A stretch of 64,000 nucleotides of DNA from Clostridia bacterium (GTDB taxonomy: Bacteria; Bacillota; Clostridia; Christensenellales; CAG-138), in the NCBI GenBank assembly GCA_017538255.1, contig JAFYJD010000006.1, positions 78,885 through 142,884 on the forward strand, in the 5' to 3' direction. This document shows positions 8,093 through 16,691 of this stretch, in pieces. Every line of letters begins with the position of its first letter. Within the stretch, counting starts at the first letter, position 1. The notes under the pieces were generated by a model, which saw nothing but the letters and a program-made list of their open reading frames with translations, was not told the DNA's origin and searched no databases. Made by a program: the position numbers and the translations under genes.

Positions 8093-9430
8093 TTGTTAAA
8101 GCGCTCATTCAAAGGCGGAGTCCACCCGCTTTCAAGAACTCACGAGGGAAAGTATCTCACACGGAACAAGGCATCTCAACCCTTTTCACCCGAATACGTA
8201 TGTATCCCGATGAACCTTCATCTCGGCGCACCGTCCGAGCCCTGTGTAAGTAAGGGCGATACGGTCAAACTCGGTCAGGTCATAGCGACGCCTGTCGGGT
8301 TTTTGGGTCTGCCGATACACGCGACCTGCTCCGGCGAGGTCGTTGATATCTCCGAAAAACAGCAGCTCGGTCCCAAAAAAGTTATGTGCATCACGATCAA
8401 AAACGACGGGCTTGACACGCGGGAGGACTGCCTGCCCGATATCGGCACCTGCGCGACCGCTGCTCCCAAGGATATCGTCGAACGCATCAAGCAGGCGGGC
8501 ATCTGCGGTATGGGCGGCGCGGCGTTCCCGCTGCACGTAAAACTCATGATACAGGACGAGAAGCACGCCGATACGATCATCCTCAACGGCGCGGAGTGCG
8601 AAACGCATCTGACGAGCGATTTTCGCACGATGCTTGAATCGCCCGAGGATATCGTAAACGGGCTTGTGGCCATTATGCGCGCGATGGATTCCGAAAACGG
8701 CATCATCGCCATTGAGGACAATAAACCCGAAGCCATCGCCGCAATGAAGAAGGCCGTTGAAGGACATAAGGACATCGAGGTCGTCGCACTTAAGACCAAA
8801 TACCCACAGGGCAGCGAAAAGCAGCTCATCACCGTGACGACGGGGCGCGAGGTACCAAGGGGCAAACTTCCGATCGACTGCGGCGTAATCGTCACAAACG
8901 TCGCAACCGCCGCCGCCGTCAAAGCCGCGATAGAGGACGGGCTTCCCCTCACCCACCGCATCACGACCGTGACGGGACGGGTTAAAAATCCATGCAATCT
9001 ATATGTTCCTATCGGCACCGTAGTAAAGGATATGATCGAGTTCGCGGGCGGCTATGAGGGGCGCATCGCAAAACTCGTTGCGGGCGGTATGATGACCGGT
9101 CCCGCCGCGCCGAACGACGATTTTTCCGTCACCAAGGCTATGGGCGGCATCGTGGCGCTCAACGCGAAGGAAGCCATATCCTACGAAGAAAAGCCCTGCA
9201 TCCGCTGCGCGCGCTGTGCCTCCGTCTGCCCGATGGGGCTCAATCCCGCGAGGATCAAACAATACTGCGACGCGAACGATATGGCGGGCGCGAAGGAGAA
9301 CAACGTTATGGACTGCATAGTCTGCGGCTGCTGCTCCTTTACCTGCCCCGCCAACCGTTTCCTTACCGCCGCATTCAAAAATATGAAGGACAGGATTACC
9401 CTTGCTTCAAGACTCGGAGGCAAAAAATGA
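8093..9430 (+). CDS. rnfC: Rnf electron transport complex subunit C
   Basis: N-terminal LKRSFKGGVHP is typical of RnfC. Two ferredoxin motifs (CIRCARCASVCP, CIVCGCCSFTCP). Start set to TTG 8093 behind GGAAGGAAGG; the ORF-track start 7976 lies upstream of the likely -10 box. Confidence 0.9.
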   Translation: MLKRSFKGGVHPLSRTHEGKYLTRNKASQPFSPEYVCIPMNLHLGAPSEPCVSKGDTVKLGQVIATPVGFLGLPIHATCSGEVVDISEKQQLGPKKVMCITIKNDGLDTREDCLPDIGTCATAAPKDIVERIKQAGICGMGGAAFPLHVKLMIQDEKHADTIILNGAECETHLTSDFRTMLESPEDIVNGLVAIMRAMDSENGIIAIEDNKPEAIAAMKKAVEGHKDIEVVALKTKYPQGSEKQLITVTTGREVPRGKLPIDCGVIVTNVATAAAVKAAIEDGLPLTHRITTVTGRVKNPCNLYVPIGTVVKDMIEFAGGYEGRIAKLVAGGMMTGPAAPNDDFSVTKAMGGIVALNAKEAISYEEKPCIRCARCASVCPMGLNPARIKQYCDANDMAGAKENNVMDCIVCGCCSFTCPANRFLTAAFKNMKDRITLASRLGGKK

Positions 9431-10407
9431 GCGATTTCAGTCTGAATGTTTCAACCGCGCCGCACGTGCGCACAAATGACAGCACGACCTCCATTATGCG
9501 CAACGTGCTTATCGCGCTCGTTCCCGCGCTGCTTGCGGGCGTTTACTTCTTCGGGTTTCGCTCGCTGATCGTAGTCGGCGTGTGCGTGGTTTCGAGCGTA
9601 TTGTTTGAGTATCTTTTTGAACTCATCCTAAAACGCCCCGTTACCATAGGCGACCTTTCCGCCGCAGTAACCGGTATGCTGCTCGGTCTTACGCTCCCCG
9701 TTACCGCTCCGTGGTGGATGTGCGTGATCGGAAGCGGCGTTGCGATACTGCTTGCGAAGCAGCTCTTCGGCGGCATCGGCGACAATTTTCTCAACCCCGC
9801 GCTGACCGCAAGGGCGGTACTGCTCGCAAGCTGGCCCGTCAGGATGAGCGGCGCGGCGTTCGTGAATCCCAACCTGCTCGGCAGCGTCGACTCCGTTTCC
9901 ACCGCCACCCCCCTCGCATACGGTGCAAAACTGCAGGCCGGCGGCGCGAGTATCCTCGACCTGTTCCTCGGCAATATCCCCGGCACGATCGGCGAGGTCT
10001 GCAAAGCGGCGATACTGCTCGGGTTTGTTTATCTGCTTATCACTCACGTCATCTCGTGGCACGTGCCCGTTATTATCGTTGTTACGACTGGTCTTTGCAC
10101 CTGGCTGTTCTCTGGCGGCGGCATCGAGACCCCTCTCGTCGCCGTTCTCCAAGGCGGCATACTGTTCGGCGCGGTGTTTATGGCGACCGACTACTCGACC
10201 TGCCCGATGACGGCGCTCGGTCAAGTGATATTCGCGGCGGGCATCGGTATTTTGACCGCCGTCATCCGCTGTTTTGCGGGCTATCCCGAGGGCGTAACCT
10301 ATGCGATACTGTTTATGAACATCGTTACTCCCCTTTTGGACAAATACATCAAACCTCGCATCTACGGCGAGCCCGCCAAAAAGAAAGGGGGCGACAGCGT
10401 TGCGTAA
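9427..10407 (+). CDS. rnfD: Rnf complex subunit D
   Basis: Polytopic NqrB/RnfD-like protein with a VSTATPL flavinylation-type motif. ATGA overlap with rnfC. Confidence 0.9.
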   Translation: MSDFSLNVSTAPHVRTNDSTTSIMRNVLIALVPALLAGVYFFGFRSLIVVGVCVVSSVLFEYLFELILKRPVTIGDLSAAVTGMLLGLTLPVTAPWWMCVIGSGVAILLAKQLFGGIGDNFLNPALTARAVLLASWPVRMSGAAFVNPNLLGSVDSVSTATPLAYGAKLQAGGASILDLFLGNIPGTIGEVCKAAILLGFVYLLITHVISWHVPVIIVVTTGLCTWLFSGGGIETPLVAVLQGGILFGAVFMATDYSTCPMTALGQVIFAAGIGILTAVIRCFAGYPEGVTYAILFMNIVTPLLDKYIKPRIYGEPAKKKGGDSVA

Positions 10408-11014
10408 TGCACTATCGCTTGTATGGAAACTGCTTCTTATCTGCCTTGTTGCCGGCCTTGTGCTCGGACTTATAAATGAAGTTACAAAAAAGCCCATCGA
10501 GGAGCAGGAATCAGTCGCAGCGGACGCCGCCCGATTCGGCGCGTTCCCCGGTGCGAAAAGTTTTGAGCAGCTCAAGGATGCCGACGGCCAAGCGCGCGAG
10601 TACTATAAAGCGCTCGGCGCAAACGGCGAACTGCTCGGTTATGTCGGCGCGGCCCGCGCAAAGGGCTACGGCGGCGACGTTGAAGTGGTTGTCGGTATGG
10701 ATTCGCTCGGCAAGATCGTAGGCGCCGTCATCGGCGGCAACACCGATTTTTCGGAAACGGCAGGCCTTGGCGCGAAGGTCAAGGACGCCTCTTTCGCCGA
10801 ACAGTTCATAGGCCTTGAATACGACGGCTCCGATGTTAAATACAGCGAGGGCGGCGGCGGATTCCGCATACCGAGCGGCTCCGTCAAGGTCGAAAGCGTT
10901 GCCTCTGAAGGCACGGATCCCGACGCCGTAAGCGGCGCGACCTATTCGTCAAACGCGGTGATAGCGGCGTTCAACGAGGCGTGCAGCGAACTCTATAAAC
11001 TCATTACGGACTGA
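10400..11014 (+). CDS. rnfG: Rnf complex subunit G (FMN-binding)
   Basis: N-terminal TM helix plus an FMN_bind domain with DAVSGATYSS. TTG start after an AAAGGGGG RBS, overlapping the rnfD end. Confidence 0.85.
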   Translation: MRNALSLVWKLLLICLVAGLVLGLINEVTKKPIEEQESVAADAARFGAFPGAKSFEQLKDADGQAREYYKALGANGELLGYVGAARAKGYGGDVEVVVGMDSLGKIVGAVIGGNTDFSETAGLGAKVKDASFAEQFIGLEYDGSDVKYSEGGGGFRIPSGSVKVESVASEGTDPDAVSGATYSSNAVIAAFNEACSELYKLITD

Positions 11015-11027
11015 CGGAGGTGAGAGT

Positions 11028-11675
11028 ATGAGTAAAGCCGGAAAAGTATTTTTTAACGGTATTTTAAACGAAAACCCGACATTCCGCCTCGTGCTCGGCA
11101 CCTGTCCGACGCTGGCGGTAACGACCCAGGCGATGAACGGCATAGGAATGGGCCTTGCGGCAACCTTCGTACTTGTCGGAAGCAATATCGTGATATCGCT
11201 TCTTCGCAAGTTCATACCCGATAAGGTGCGCATCCCCGCGTTCATCGTTATCATCTGTATGTTCGTAACTTCGGTGCAGATGCTGATGCAGGCGTTTTTG
11301 CCCGAACTCTATAAATCGCTCGGCATCTTCATACCGCTGATAGTCGTAAACTGCATCATCCTCGCCCGCGCGGAGGCGTTCGCTTCCAAAAACAGCGTGA
11401 TCTACTCCGCTATAGATGGGCTCGGTATGGGCATCGGCTTCACGGCGGCGATAACCGCTATCGGCGCGATCAGGGAGATCGTCGGAAACGGTACGATCTT
11501 CGGCGCAAGACTTTTCGGCGCGAACTTTGAGCCGATGCTCATCGCCGCGCTCGCGCCCGGCGGCTTCATCGTATTCGGACTGATGCTTGCGCTTGTGAAC
11601 TATATCACGAGCCGCGACACAAAAGCCGCAAACAAGGAATGTGAAACTACACACGAAGAGGGGGCGGCACAATGA
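11028..11675 (+). CDS. rnfE: Rnf complex subunit E
   Basis: NqrD/RnfE-type hydrophobic protein (NPTFRLVLGTCPTLAVTT). GGAGGTG RBS. Confidence 0.9.
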   Translation: MSKAGKVFFNGILNENPTFRLVLGTCPTLAVTTQAMNGIGMGLAATFVLVGSNIVISLLRKFIPDKVRIPAFIVIICMFVTSVQMLMQAFLPELYKSLGIFIPLIVVNCIILARAEAFASKNSVIYSAIDGLGMGIGFTAAITAIGAIREIVGNGTIFGARLFGANFEPMLIAALAPGGFIVFGLMLALVNYITSRDTKAANKECETTHEEGAAQ

Positions 11676-12259
11676 ACGATTTTACCAAACTGCTTGTACT
11701 GCTCGTAACGAGCATACTTTCCAACAACTTCATATTCTCGCGCTTCCTCGGCTGCTGCCCGTTCCTCGGCGTATCAAACAAAGTCGAAACGGCGGCCGGT
11801 ATGGGTCTCGCGGTTACCTTCGTTATGGCGCTCGCGTCGCTGTTTACCTGGCTCGTATACACCTTCATACTGCTGCCGCTCGGGCTCACCTATCTCAAAA
11901 CGATGAGTTTTATACTCGTCATCGCAAGCCTTGTGCAGTTCGTTGAGATGTTCCTCAAAAAGTCCAGCCCCTCGCTCTATCGCAGTCTCGGCATATATCT
12001 GCCGCTTATCACGACCAACTGCGCGGTGCTCGGCGTTACGCTTATCAATATCGAGCAGAGTTATAACCTGCTCTTCTCCGTCGCCAACGGCGTATTCGGC
12101 GCGCTCGGTTTCACGCTCGCGATCGTGCTTATGGCGGGCGTGCGCGAAAGGCTCGAGTTCTCCAAAATGCCCGAAGCGCTCAAAGGCTTCTCGAGTTCGC
12201 TGATAATCGCGGGGCTTATGAGCATCGCGTTCCTCGGCTTCTCGGGAATCGGTGGCTGA
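11672..12259 (+). CDS. rnfA: Rnf complex subunit A
   Basis: NqrE/RnfA-type (NNFIFSRFLGCCPFLGVS). 4-nt overlap with rnfE. Confidence 0.9.
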   Translation: MNDFTKLLVLLVTSILSNNFIFSRFLGCCPFLGVSNKVETAAGMGLAVTFVMALASLFTWLVYTFILLPLGLTYLKTMSFILVIASLVQFVEMFLKKSSPSLYRSLGIYLPLITTNCAVLGVTLINIEQSYNLLFSVANGVFGALGFTLAIVLMAGVRERLEFSKMPEALKGFSSSLIIAGLMSIAFLGFSGIGG

Positions 12260-12280
12260 TGAATTAAGGGGGTTTTGATT

Positions 12281-13081
12281 ATGAGTTGGACCACGATCTT
12301 AACAGCGGGAGCCGTTATGGGCGCTCTCGCAATAATCTTTGCTATCATCCTCGGCATCGCGGACAAAAAGTTCGCCGTCGAGATCGACGCGCGCGTTCCC
12401 GAGATAACCGAATGTCTCGGCGGAGCGAACTGCGGCGCCTGCGGGTACGCCGGCTGCGCGGCGCTTGCCGAAGCGATAGTGCGCGGCGAAGCGGAGCCCA
12501 ACACCTGCCCCGCCTCAAAGGGCGAAAAGATGGCGCGCATATCCGAACTTATGGGCGTTGAAGCGTCCTCGAAAGCGCCCGTTGTTGCAACGCTTATCTG
12601 CACGGGCGACTGCGAAACCGCCGCCGTCAGATACGAATACGACGGCGTTCCGAACTGTCGCATTGCAAACGGGCTTGCGGGCGGCCCCAAGAAATGCACG
12701 TGGGCGTGCATCGGTATGGGCGACTGTATCAAGGACTGCAAATTCGGCGCGATCGCAATGGGCAAAAACGGGCTTCCTCAGTTTAACAAAGCAAAATGCA
12801 CGGGCTGCGGTGCCTGCGCCAAACAATGTCCCCGCGGCGCGATAACGCTGATGCCGGTTGAAGCCAAAGTCGCCATCCTCTGCCGCAACGACGATAATGG
12901 CAAGGCGGCGAAGGACAACTGCAAAAATGCCTGCATCGGCTGCCGCCGCTGCGAAAAGGCCTGCCCCGCTGGAGCGATCAGCCTTATAGGCAAGCACTGT
13001 GCCGTCGATCAGGAGAAGTGCATCGGATGTCTTGAATGCACCAAGGTCTGCCCGATGGGCTGCGTTGCAACGCTGAAATAA
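12281..13081 (+). CDS. rnfB: Rnf complex subunit B (polyferredoxin)
   Basis: N-terminal TM helix, a CGACGYAGC cluster and several CxxCxxCxxxCP motifs. ATG 12281 sits 9 nt after AAGGGGG and is preferred over TTG 12275. Confidence 0.9.
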   Translation: MSWTTILTAGAVMGALAIIFAIILGIADKKFAVEIDARVPEITECLGGANCGACGYAGCAALAEAIVRGEAEPNTCPASKGEKMARISELMGVEASSKAPVVATLICTGDCETAAVRYEYDGVPNCRIANGLAGGPKKCTWACIGMGDCIKDCKFGAIAMGKNGLPQFNKAKCTGCGACAKQCPRGAITLMPVEAKVAILCRNDDNGKAAKDNCKNACIGCRRCEKACPAGAISLIGKHCAVDQEKCIGCLECTKVCPMGCVATLK

Positions 13082-13095
13082 AACAAAATAAAATA

Positions 13096-13152
13096 AACGG
13101 CTTCGCGGCGCATCAACATAATGAGATGCACCGAATCGGAAGCCGTTTTTTA
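13096..13152 (+). terminator. Terminator of the rnf operon (branched hairpin plus T-run)
   Basis: AAACGGCTTC ... GGAAGCCGTTTTTTATTT, with an inner GCATC/GATGC stem. Confidence 0.6.
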
Positions 13153-13173
13153 TTTGCCTTATACTGTCGGGTT

Positions 13174-13806
13174 TTAGACCAGATCGAGCATTTTTTCGAC
13201 CACGGCGAGCGTTTCCTCTTCGCTTCTATTATCATCCCTGATCAAAACCTGGAAACCAGAGAACAGGAATGAGTCAAACGCCGCTTTGGAGTTGACGCGC
13301 CTTAGGCAGTTTTTGAAGTTCTCAAGCGCCGCTTCGGGGTCTTTTTCCTCCATAATCAGATTGTACAAAAAGCGCTTGTCGTCATCCTGCCTTTCAAAAA
13401 AACGCTCCACAGCCGTATCGGGATCAGTGAGCATAATAACAACGTTCTTTGCATCCGCGACCTTTTTGAGCATTTCAACGGAGATATTCGTATCCACAAA
13501 AACCTTGCGCCCCTTGCCCGCTATATCTTCGAGCATCTTGAGTTCGAGTTTTTCACTCTCCATCGCAGCGCCTTTGAACCACGCTTCATACTCATCCGGC
13601 GTTCTGCGGATAAAGGCGTGCATATCCTTTAGATCGCGCAGATATGTCAGGCACGGAAACTCGTTTTTGTCGAGACCGCCGAGCAGTCTGCTATGATAGT
13701 TCTCCGTGCAGGCGATGCCGTCATACTTTTCCGCAAGCTTTTTTACGACGGTCGATTTGCCCGCATAGGCCATTCCGTTGAAGAAATACACATCTTGAAA
13801 ATACAT
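13174..13806 (-). CDS. P-loop NTPase / small-molecule kinase-like protein (AAA_28/AAA_33-type), function unknown
   Basis: Walker A GMAYAGKST at residues 11-19, 210 aa. AAGGAGG RBS and its own promoter. Confidence 0.6.
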   Translation of the reverse strand: MYFQDVYFFNGMAYAGKSTVVKKLAEKYDGIACTENYHSRLLGGLDKNEFPCLTYLRDLKDMHAFIRRTPDEYEAWFKGAAMESEKLELKMLEDIAGKGRKVFVDTNISVEMLKKVADAKNVVIMLTDPDTAVERFFERQDDDKRFLYNLIMEEKDPEAALENFKNCLRRVNSKAAFDSFLFSGFQVLIRDDNRSEEETLAVVEKMLDLV

Positions 13807-13847
13807 CGTACGCCTCCTTGAAAGTTTCGAAAATCTTTATCATGTCT

Positions 13848-13876
13848 ATTGTATATTAAAACTTATATTTTTTCAA
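13848..13876 (-). promoter_or_regulatory. Promoter for the 13174..13806 P-loop gene
   Basis: Minus strand TTGAAA, 17 nt, TACAAT. Confidence 0.5.
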
Positions 13877-13913
13877 GGGGTTTTGGAAAAATTATTCATT
13901 TTTTTCGTTGAAA

Positions 13914-14006
13914 TTATAAAAAACTCGGAAACGGCGTCGGCGTGTTATTCGGACCCGCGTTATAGATCAGCGCCATATCATCGATATGCGCGTGAGATGC
14001 TATGCT
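13914..14006 (-). pseudogene. Relic fragment paralogous to the middle of the 14744..15979 gene
   Basis: A 15-nt exact match (13954..13968 = 15246..15260) with flanking similarity. The minus-strand frame reads SIASHAHIDDMALIYNAGPNNTPTPFPSFL*, versus LASHLNDIEAIYNAGPDN in the intact gene. It is bounded by stops and has no start or RBS. Confidence 0.4.
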
Positions 14007-14057
14007 TTATCTCTCAAACGCCGACGGCGCCGCCCTCAGGCGTTTCGTAAATATATA

Positions 14058-14086
14058 TTGCAAAACATCTACTAATGTGTTATAAT
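14058..14086 (+). promoter_or_regulatory. Promoter for the small membrane protein gene
   Basis: TTGCAA, 17 nt, TATAAT with a TGn extension (gtgTTATAAT). Confidence 0.65.
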
Positions 14087-14147
14087 ACATCTTGGCTGTC
14101 AAACAGACAGTTATGGAACCATATGTTCAGTATCAGGAGGTAAAACA

Positions 14148-14573
14148 ATGGAAAACAAAGGTTCGATTCTTCTCAAGATCGCCAGCATCATTATGATGGT
14201 CGGCGGCATCCTTTCCGCTGTCGGCAGCATAGTGGTCGCCGCTCTTGCAGGCGTGGCCACAGGAATTAACGCCGCGTATGGCGATGGCAGCGCCGACAAG
14301 AACATCACCGTGTTGTGGATCGGTGTTGCGATTCTTGTTATTGCCGCTGTCGTTGAGATTATTGCCGGCGCAAAGGGCAAGAAGAACTGGAACAACCCCC
14401 CGATGGCAAAGACCCTTATTATTTGGGGTGCTGTTTGCGCGGCGCTCTCCATCATCGGAATCATCCTCTTCTCTTCCGGCGGCGCAGACAACGTCATCCT
14501 TTCAATCATTACAAGCGTTGCGATCCCTGTGCTTTACATTATCGGCGCTTTCCAACTCAAGAAAATGTCATAA
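14148..14573 (+). CDS. Small integral membrane protein (about 4 TM helices), function unknown
   Basis: 141 aa, hydrophobic. AGGAGGT RBS, strong promoter upstream and a clean terminator downstream. Confidence 0.6.
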   Translation: MENKGSILLKIASIIMMVGGILSAVGSIVVAALAGVATGINAAYGDGSADKNITVLWIGVAILVIAAVVEIIAGAKGKKNWNNPPMAKTLIIWGAVCAALSIIGIILFSSGGADNVILSIITSVAIPVLYIIGAFQLKKMS

Positions 14574-14587
14574 TAAGTCCAACCGAT

Positions 14588-14613
14588 AAAACCCCGGCTC
14601 TGCCGGGGTTTTT
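14588..14613 (+). terminator. Rho-independent terminator
   Basis: CCCCGGC-tct-GCCGGGG followed by TTTTT, 15 nt after the stop of the small membrane protein gene. Confidence 0.8.
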
Positions 14614-14743
14614 ATTTGCCAAGTGTAGAGATCTGTTGGTTTTGCGCGTGTAAAACCGAATTACGCCAAAGCGGTCCCTATTTGTCAAACGCGGAGCACG
14701 GGCCGCGTAAAATGCGTTTTTACAAGACGAATGCTTGGCGCGT

Positions 14744-15979
14744 TCATTGAAGGATAAACAGCGGCATATCGTACTCGTCCCTGCCGTTTTCCTCAAAGCC
14801 GAGCGACTTCCAGAAGCGGACAGAAGCCTCCTTTTCGCTGTTGATCTCGTAATACGCCGCACCCTCCGCCTCGGCGCGGGCTTTAAGCGCCGCAAAGCAG
14901 GCACGTCCCGTTCCCCCGCCCCTGAACTCCGGAAACACCCAAAAATCGAGGATGAAGCATTTTCCGTCCTCGCTTTGATAGGTATTGTACTGCGCCGCGC
15001 CGATCTGCTTTTCGCCTTTGCCAAAATAGACCATATGGTGCCTGTCGGTCTCGCGCGCCATATGCGCTTTTATAACGCCACGGTATTCGTCGCCCGAAAA
15101 ATACGCGATATCCTCATCGTCGCAGATTATCCCGTCGTCAACAAGATATTTGATATGCCGCTCAAAAAACTCGTCCGCGTTTTCAACCGTGATGTCTTCG
15201 ACTGTTATCGCCTCGCGGAGAATGCAAGCAAGCATATTATCCGGGCCCGCGTTATAGATCGCCTCAATATCATTTAAATGCGATGCAAGATAGAGTTTGC
15301 CCGATATCGCGCCGAACTTGTTCCAGTAATCGCCCGTATTGGCTTCGCGCAGCAGGGCCGCCCTGTTTTCTATATCCGTCTCCGATACGGCAAAGCCGAG
15401 TTTTTCGAGCGACCTGAACAGGTGTTTTTGTATTATCGGCTCAAAATCGAAACACTCTATGCCGTCCCTGAATGCAAGCAAATGGGCAAAGCCCTCGTCA
15501 AACACGATGTATTCAAGGGTTTTATGATAGTCATCCGCATCGGTCGGCGGCGGATAGTCGCTGTGGATGCAGATATGCGCCAACTCGTGGGTCAAAAATG
15601 GGGTCATAAGCGTTTTAATATCCGCGTTGTAATTGTTTAGCCTTATAAGATCGAGTATTATGTATTCCTCTCCGTCGTGTTCACGCACCATAGCGTCATA
15701 CGGCGCGGGGCAGCCAACGGCAAGAATGACATTCACATTTTCGCAGATCTCACGCCATTTTGGGAACAGGCGCCGAAACAATTCCGCGTTATGCGGCCGA
15801 AAACCGTCAAGCGCGGCCAAAGCGTCCCTCGCGGCATTTTCGACCGCCGCCTCAAGCCCCTCCGCGGGTCGTTCAAACATAAGCACGCCGTCATCGGTTA
15901 TGCTCCTGAATATCCAATGCCCGATATGATCCGTGCCGCCCGAAAGATAGTCCCTGATTATCGATGTATCGATCCTCAT
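14744..15979 (-). CDS. Two-domain protein: N-terminal HExxH (DUF2268-like putative Zn-peptidase) domain fused to a C-terminal GNAT acetyltransferase
   Basis: THELAHI plus a downstream DEGFAHL in the first ~265 aa. C-terminal FRGGGTGRACFAAL acetyl-CoA motif and beta-bulge region. Confidence 0.7.
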   Translation of the reverse strand: MRIDTSIIRDYLSGGTDHIGHWIFRSITDDGVLMFERPAEGLEAAVENAARDALAALDGFRPHNAELFRRLFPKWREICENVNVILAVGCPAPYDAMVREHDGEEYIILDLIRLNNYNADIKTLMTPFLTHELAHICIHSDYPPPTDADDYHKTLEYIVFDEGFAHLLAFRDGIECFDFEPIIQKHLFRSLEKLGFAVSETDIENRAALLREANTGDYWNKFGAISGKLYLASHLNDIEAIYNAGPDNMLACILREAITVEDITVENADEFFERHIKYLVDDGIICDDEDIAYFSGDEYRGVIKAHMARETDRHHMVYFGKGEKQIGAAQYNTYQSEDGKCFILDFWVFPEFRGGGTGRACFAALKARAEAEGAAYYEINSEKEASVRFWKSLGFEENGRDEYDMPLFILQ

Positions 15980-16027
15980 AATCGCTTGTTTTGACCCCTG
16001 TGTTTTTTGATGTGATAATTATACCGC

Positions 16028-16056
16028 ATACGCGCGGGCAAAGCAATGAGGAGGTT
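16028..16056 (-). promoter_or_regulatory. Promoter for the HExxH-GNAT fusion gene
   Basis: Minus strand TTGCTT, 17 nt, TATAAT. Confidence 0.55.
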
Positions 16057-16098
16057 TGATTACCCCATTTCCAGCAAAGGTTCCAAATATCCTCAAAA

Positions 16099-16183
16099 GT
16101 GTGCAACAGGATTTTTCGATGGGTTAAGAACCGTAAAGTGACAGCAAAAACGCCCTTGAAAGTGTGTGCAATATGTGTGCAAC
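16099..16183. repeat. Three copies of GTGTGCAA(C/T) in the noncoding spacer next to tRNA-Val
   Basis: Copies at 16099..16107, 16164..16172 and 16175..16183. Confidence 0.5.
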
Positions 16184-16271
16184 GGAACGCTGATTTAACG
16201 ATTTCAAGTTAACTCAAGTCAAAATCGAGTTCTTCAAAAAATCCTTATAATCATTGGCTTTTAGGCGCTTT

Positions 16272-16304
16272 AGGCAAAAATAAAACCGGGTTAAGAAAAC
16301 CCGG
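16272..16304 (-). terminator. Rho-independent terminator after tRNA-Val
   Basis: Minus strand CCGGGTT-ttctt-AACCCGG followed by TTTTATTTTT, starting 5 nt after the CCA end. Confidence 0.7.
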
Positions 16305-16308
16305 AGTT

Positions 16309-16385
16309 TGGTGGGGATGGAGGGACTCGAACCCCCGACCTCTTCGATGTGAGCGAAGCGCGCTAACCAGCTGAGCCACATCCCC
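16309..16385 (-). tRNA. tRNA-Val (anticodon CAC), CCA encoded
   Basis: Reverse complement folds by hand. Acceptor GGGGATG/CATCCCC. Anticodon stem CTTCG/CGAAG with loop CTCACAT. T-arm GGGGG-TTCGAGT-CCCTC. One U:C mismatch in the D stem. Confidence 0.85.
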
Positions 16386-16395
16386 AAGCGTTGGT

Positions 16396-16424
16396 ATTAT
16401 AACACCGATTTGGTTTCAATGCAA
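16396..16424 (-). promoter_or_regulatory. Promoter for tRNA-Val
   Basis: Minus strand TTGCAT, 17 nt, TGtTATAAT. The -10 box ends about 10 nt before the mature tRNA 5' end. Confidence 0.65.
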
Positions 16425-16610
16425 GGGTTTCGGCAAAAAAAGCGGAGAGATTCTGTTTTGGAGCGTGAGCCTTCGTTAAGTCGGATCGATCTGATTCGAT
16501 CCTCATAAGGCGTTTTTTAGAAGCGGCGGTTTCTCTATTGGGCGAACGAGCGGCGGCGGAATAGTTATATCAGGCTTCGATGCGAAATGCTTTATCTTAA
16601 ACCATTAAAT

Positions 16611-16643
16611 CATAAAACCCGCGAGGCAGTCGCCTCGCGGGTC
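16611..16643 (-). terminator. Rho-independent terminator after glyQS
   Basis: Minus strand ACCCGCGAGGC-gact-GCCTCGCGGGT followed by TTTTAT. Confidence 0.75.
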
Positions 16644-16691
16644 GAAATGCTGTTATAGCGGTATAGAATACGGCAATACGCCGAAGCCGCG

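Noticed and set aside
8093-13081. The rnfCDGEAB cluster, considered as a candidate novel system
   Set aside because: It is a canonical, well-described Rnf ion-translocating ferredoxin:NAD+ oxidoreductase operon, with standard order and motifs.
15891-16106. 71-aa minus-strand ORF in the tRNA-Val flank, considered as a possible integrase or excisionase remnant
   Set aside because: It has no RBS, runs across the promoter and start of the 14744..15979 gene, and shows no recombinase motifs. No integrase or transposase exists anywhere in the window, so no mobile element is called.
16387-16691. 305-nt noncoding gap inspected for an sRNA, T-box, 6S RNA or SRP RNA
   Set aside because: Only the tRNA promoter, the glyQS terminator and one short hairpin (GGATCGA-N6-TCGATCC) are visible. 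No recognisable conserved RNA motifs are seen, and nothing more can be supported without covariance models.
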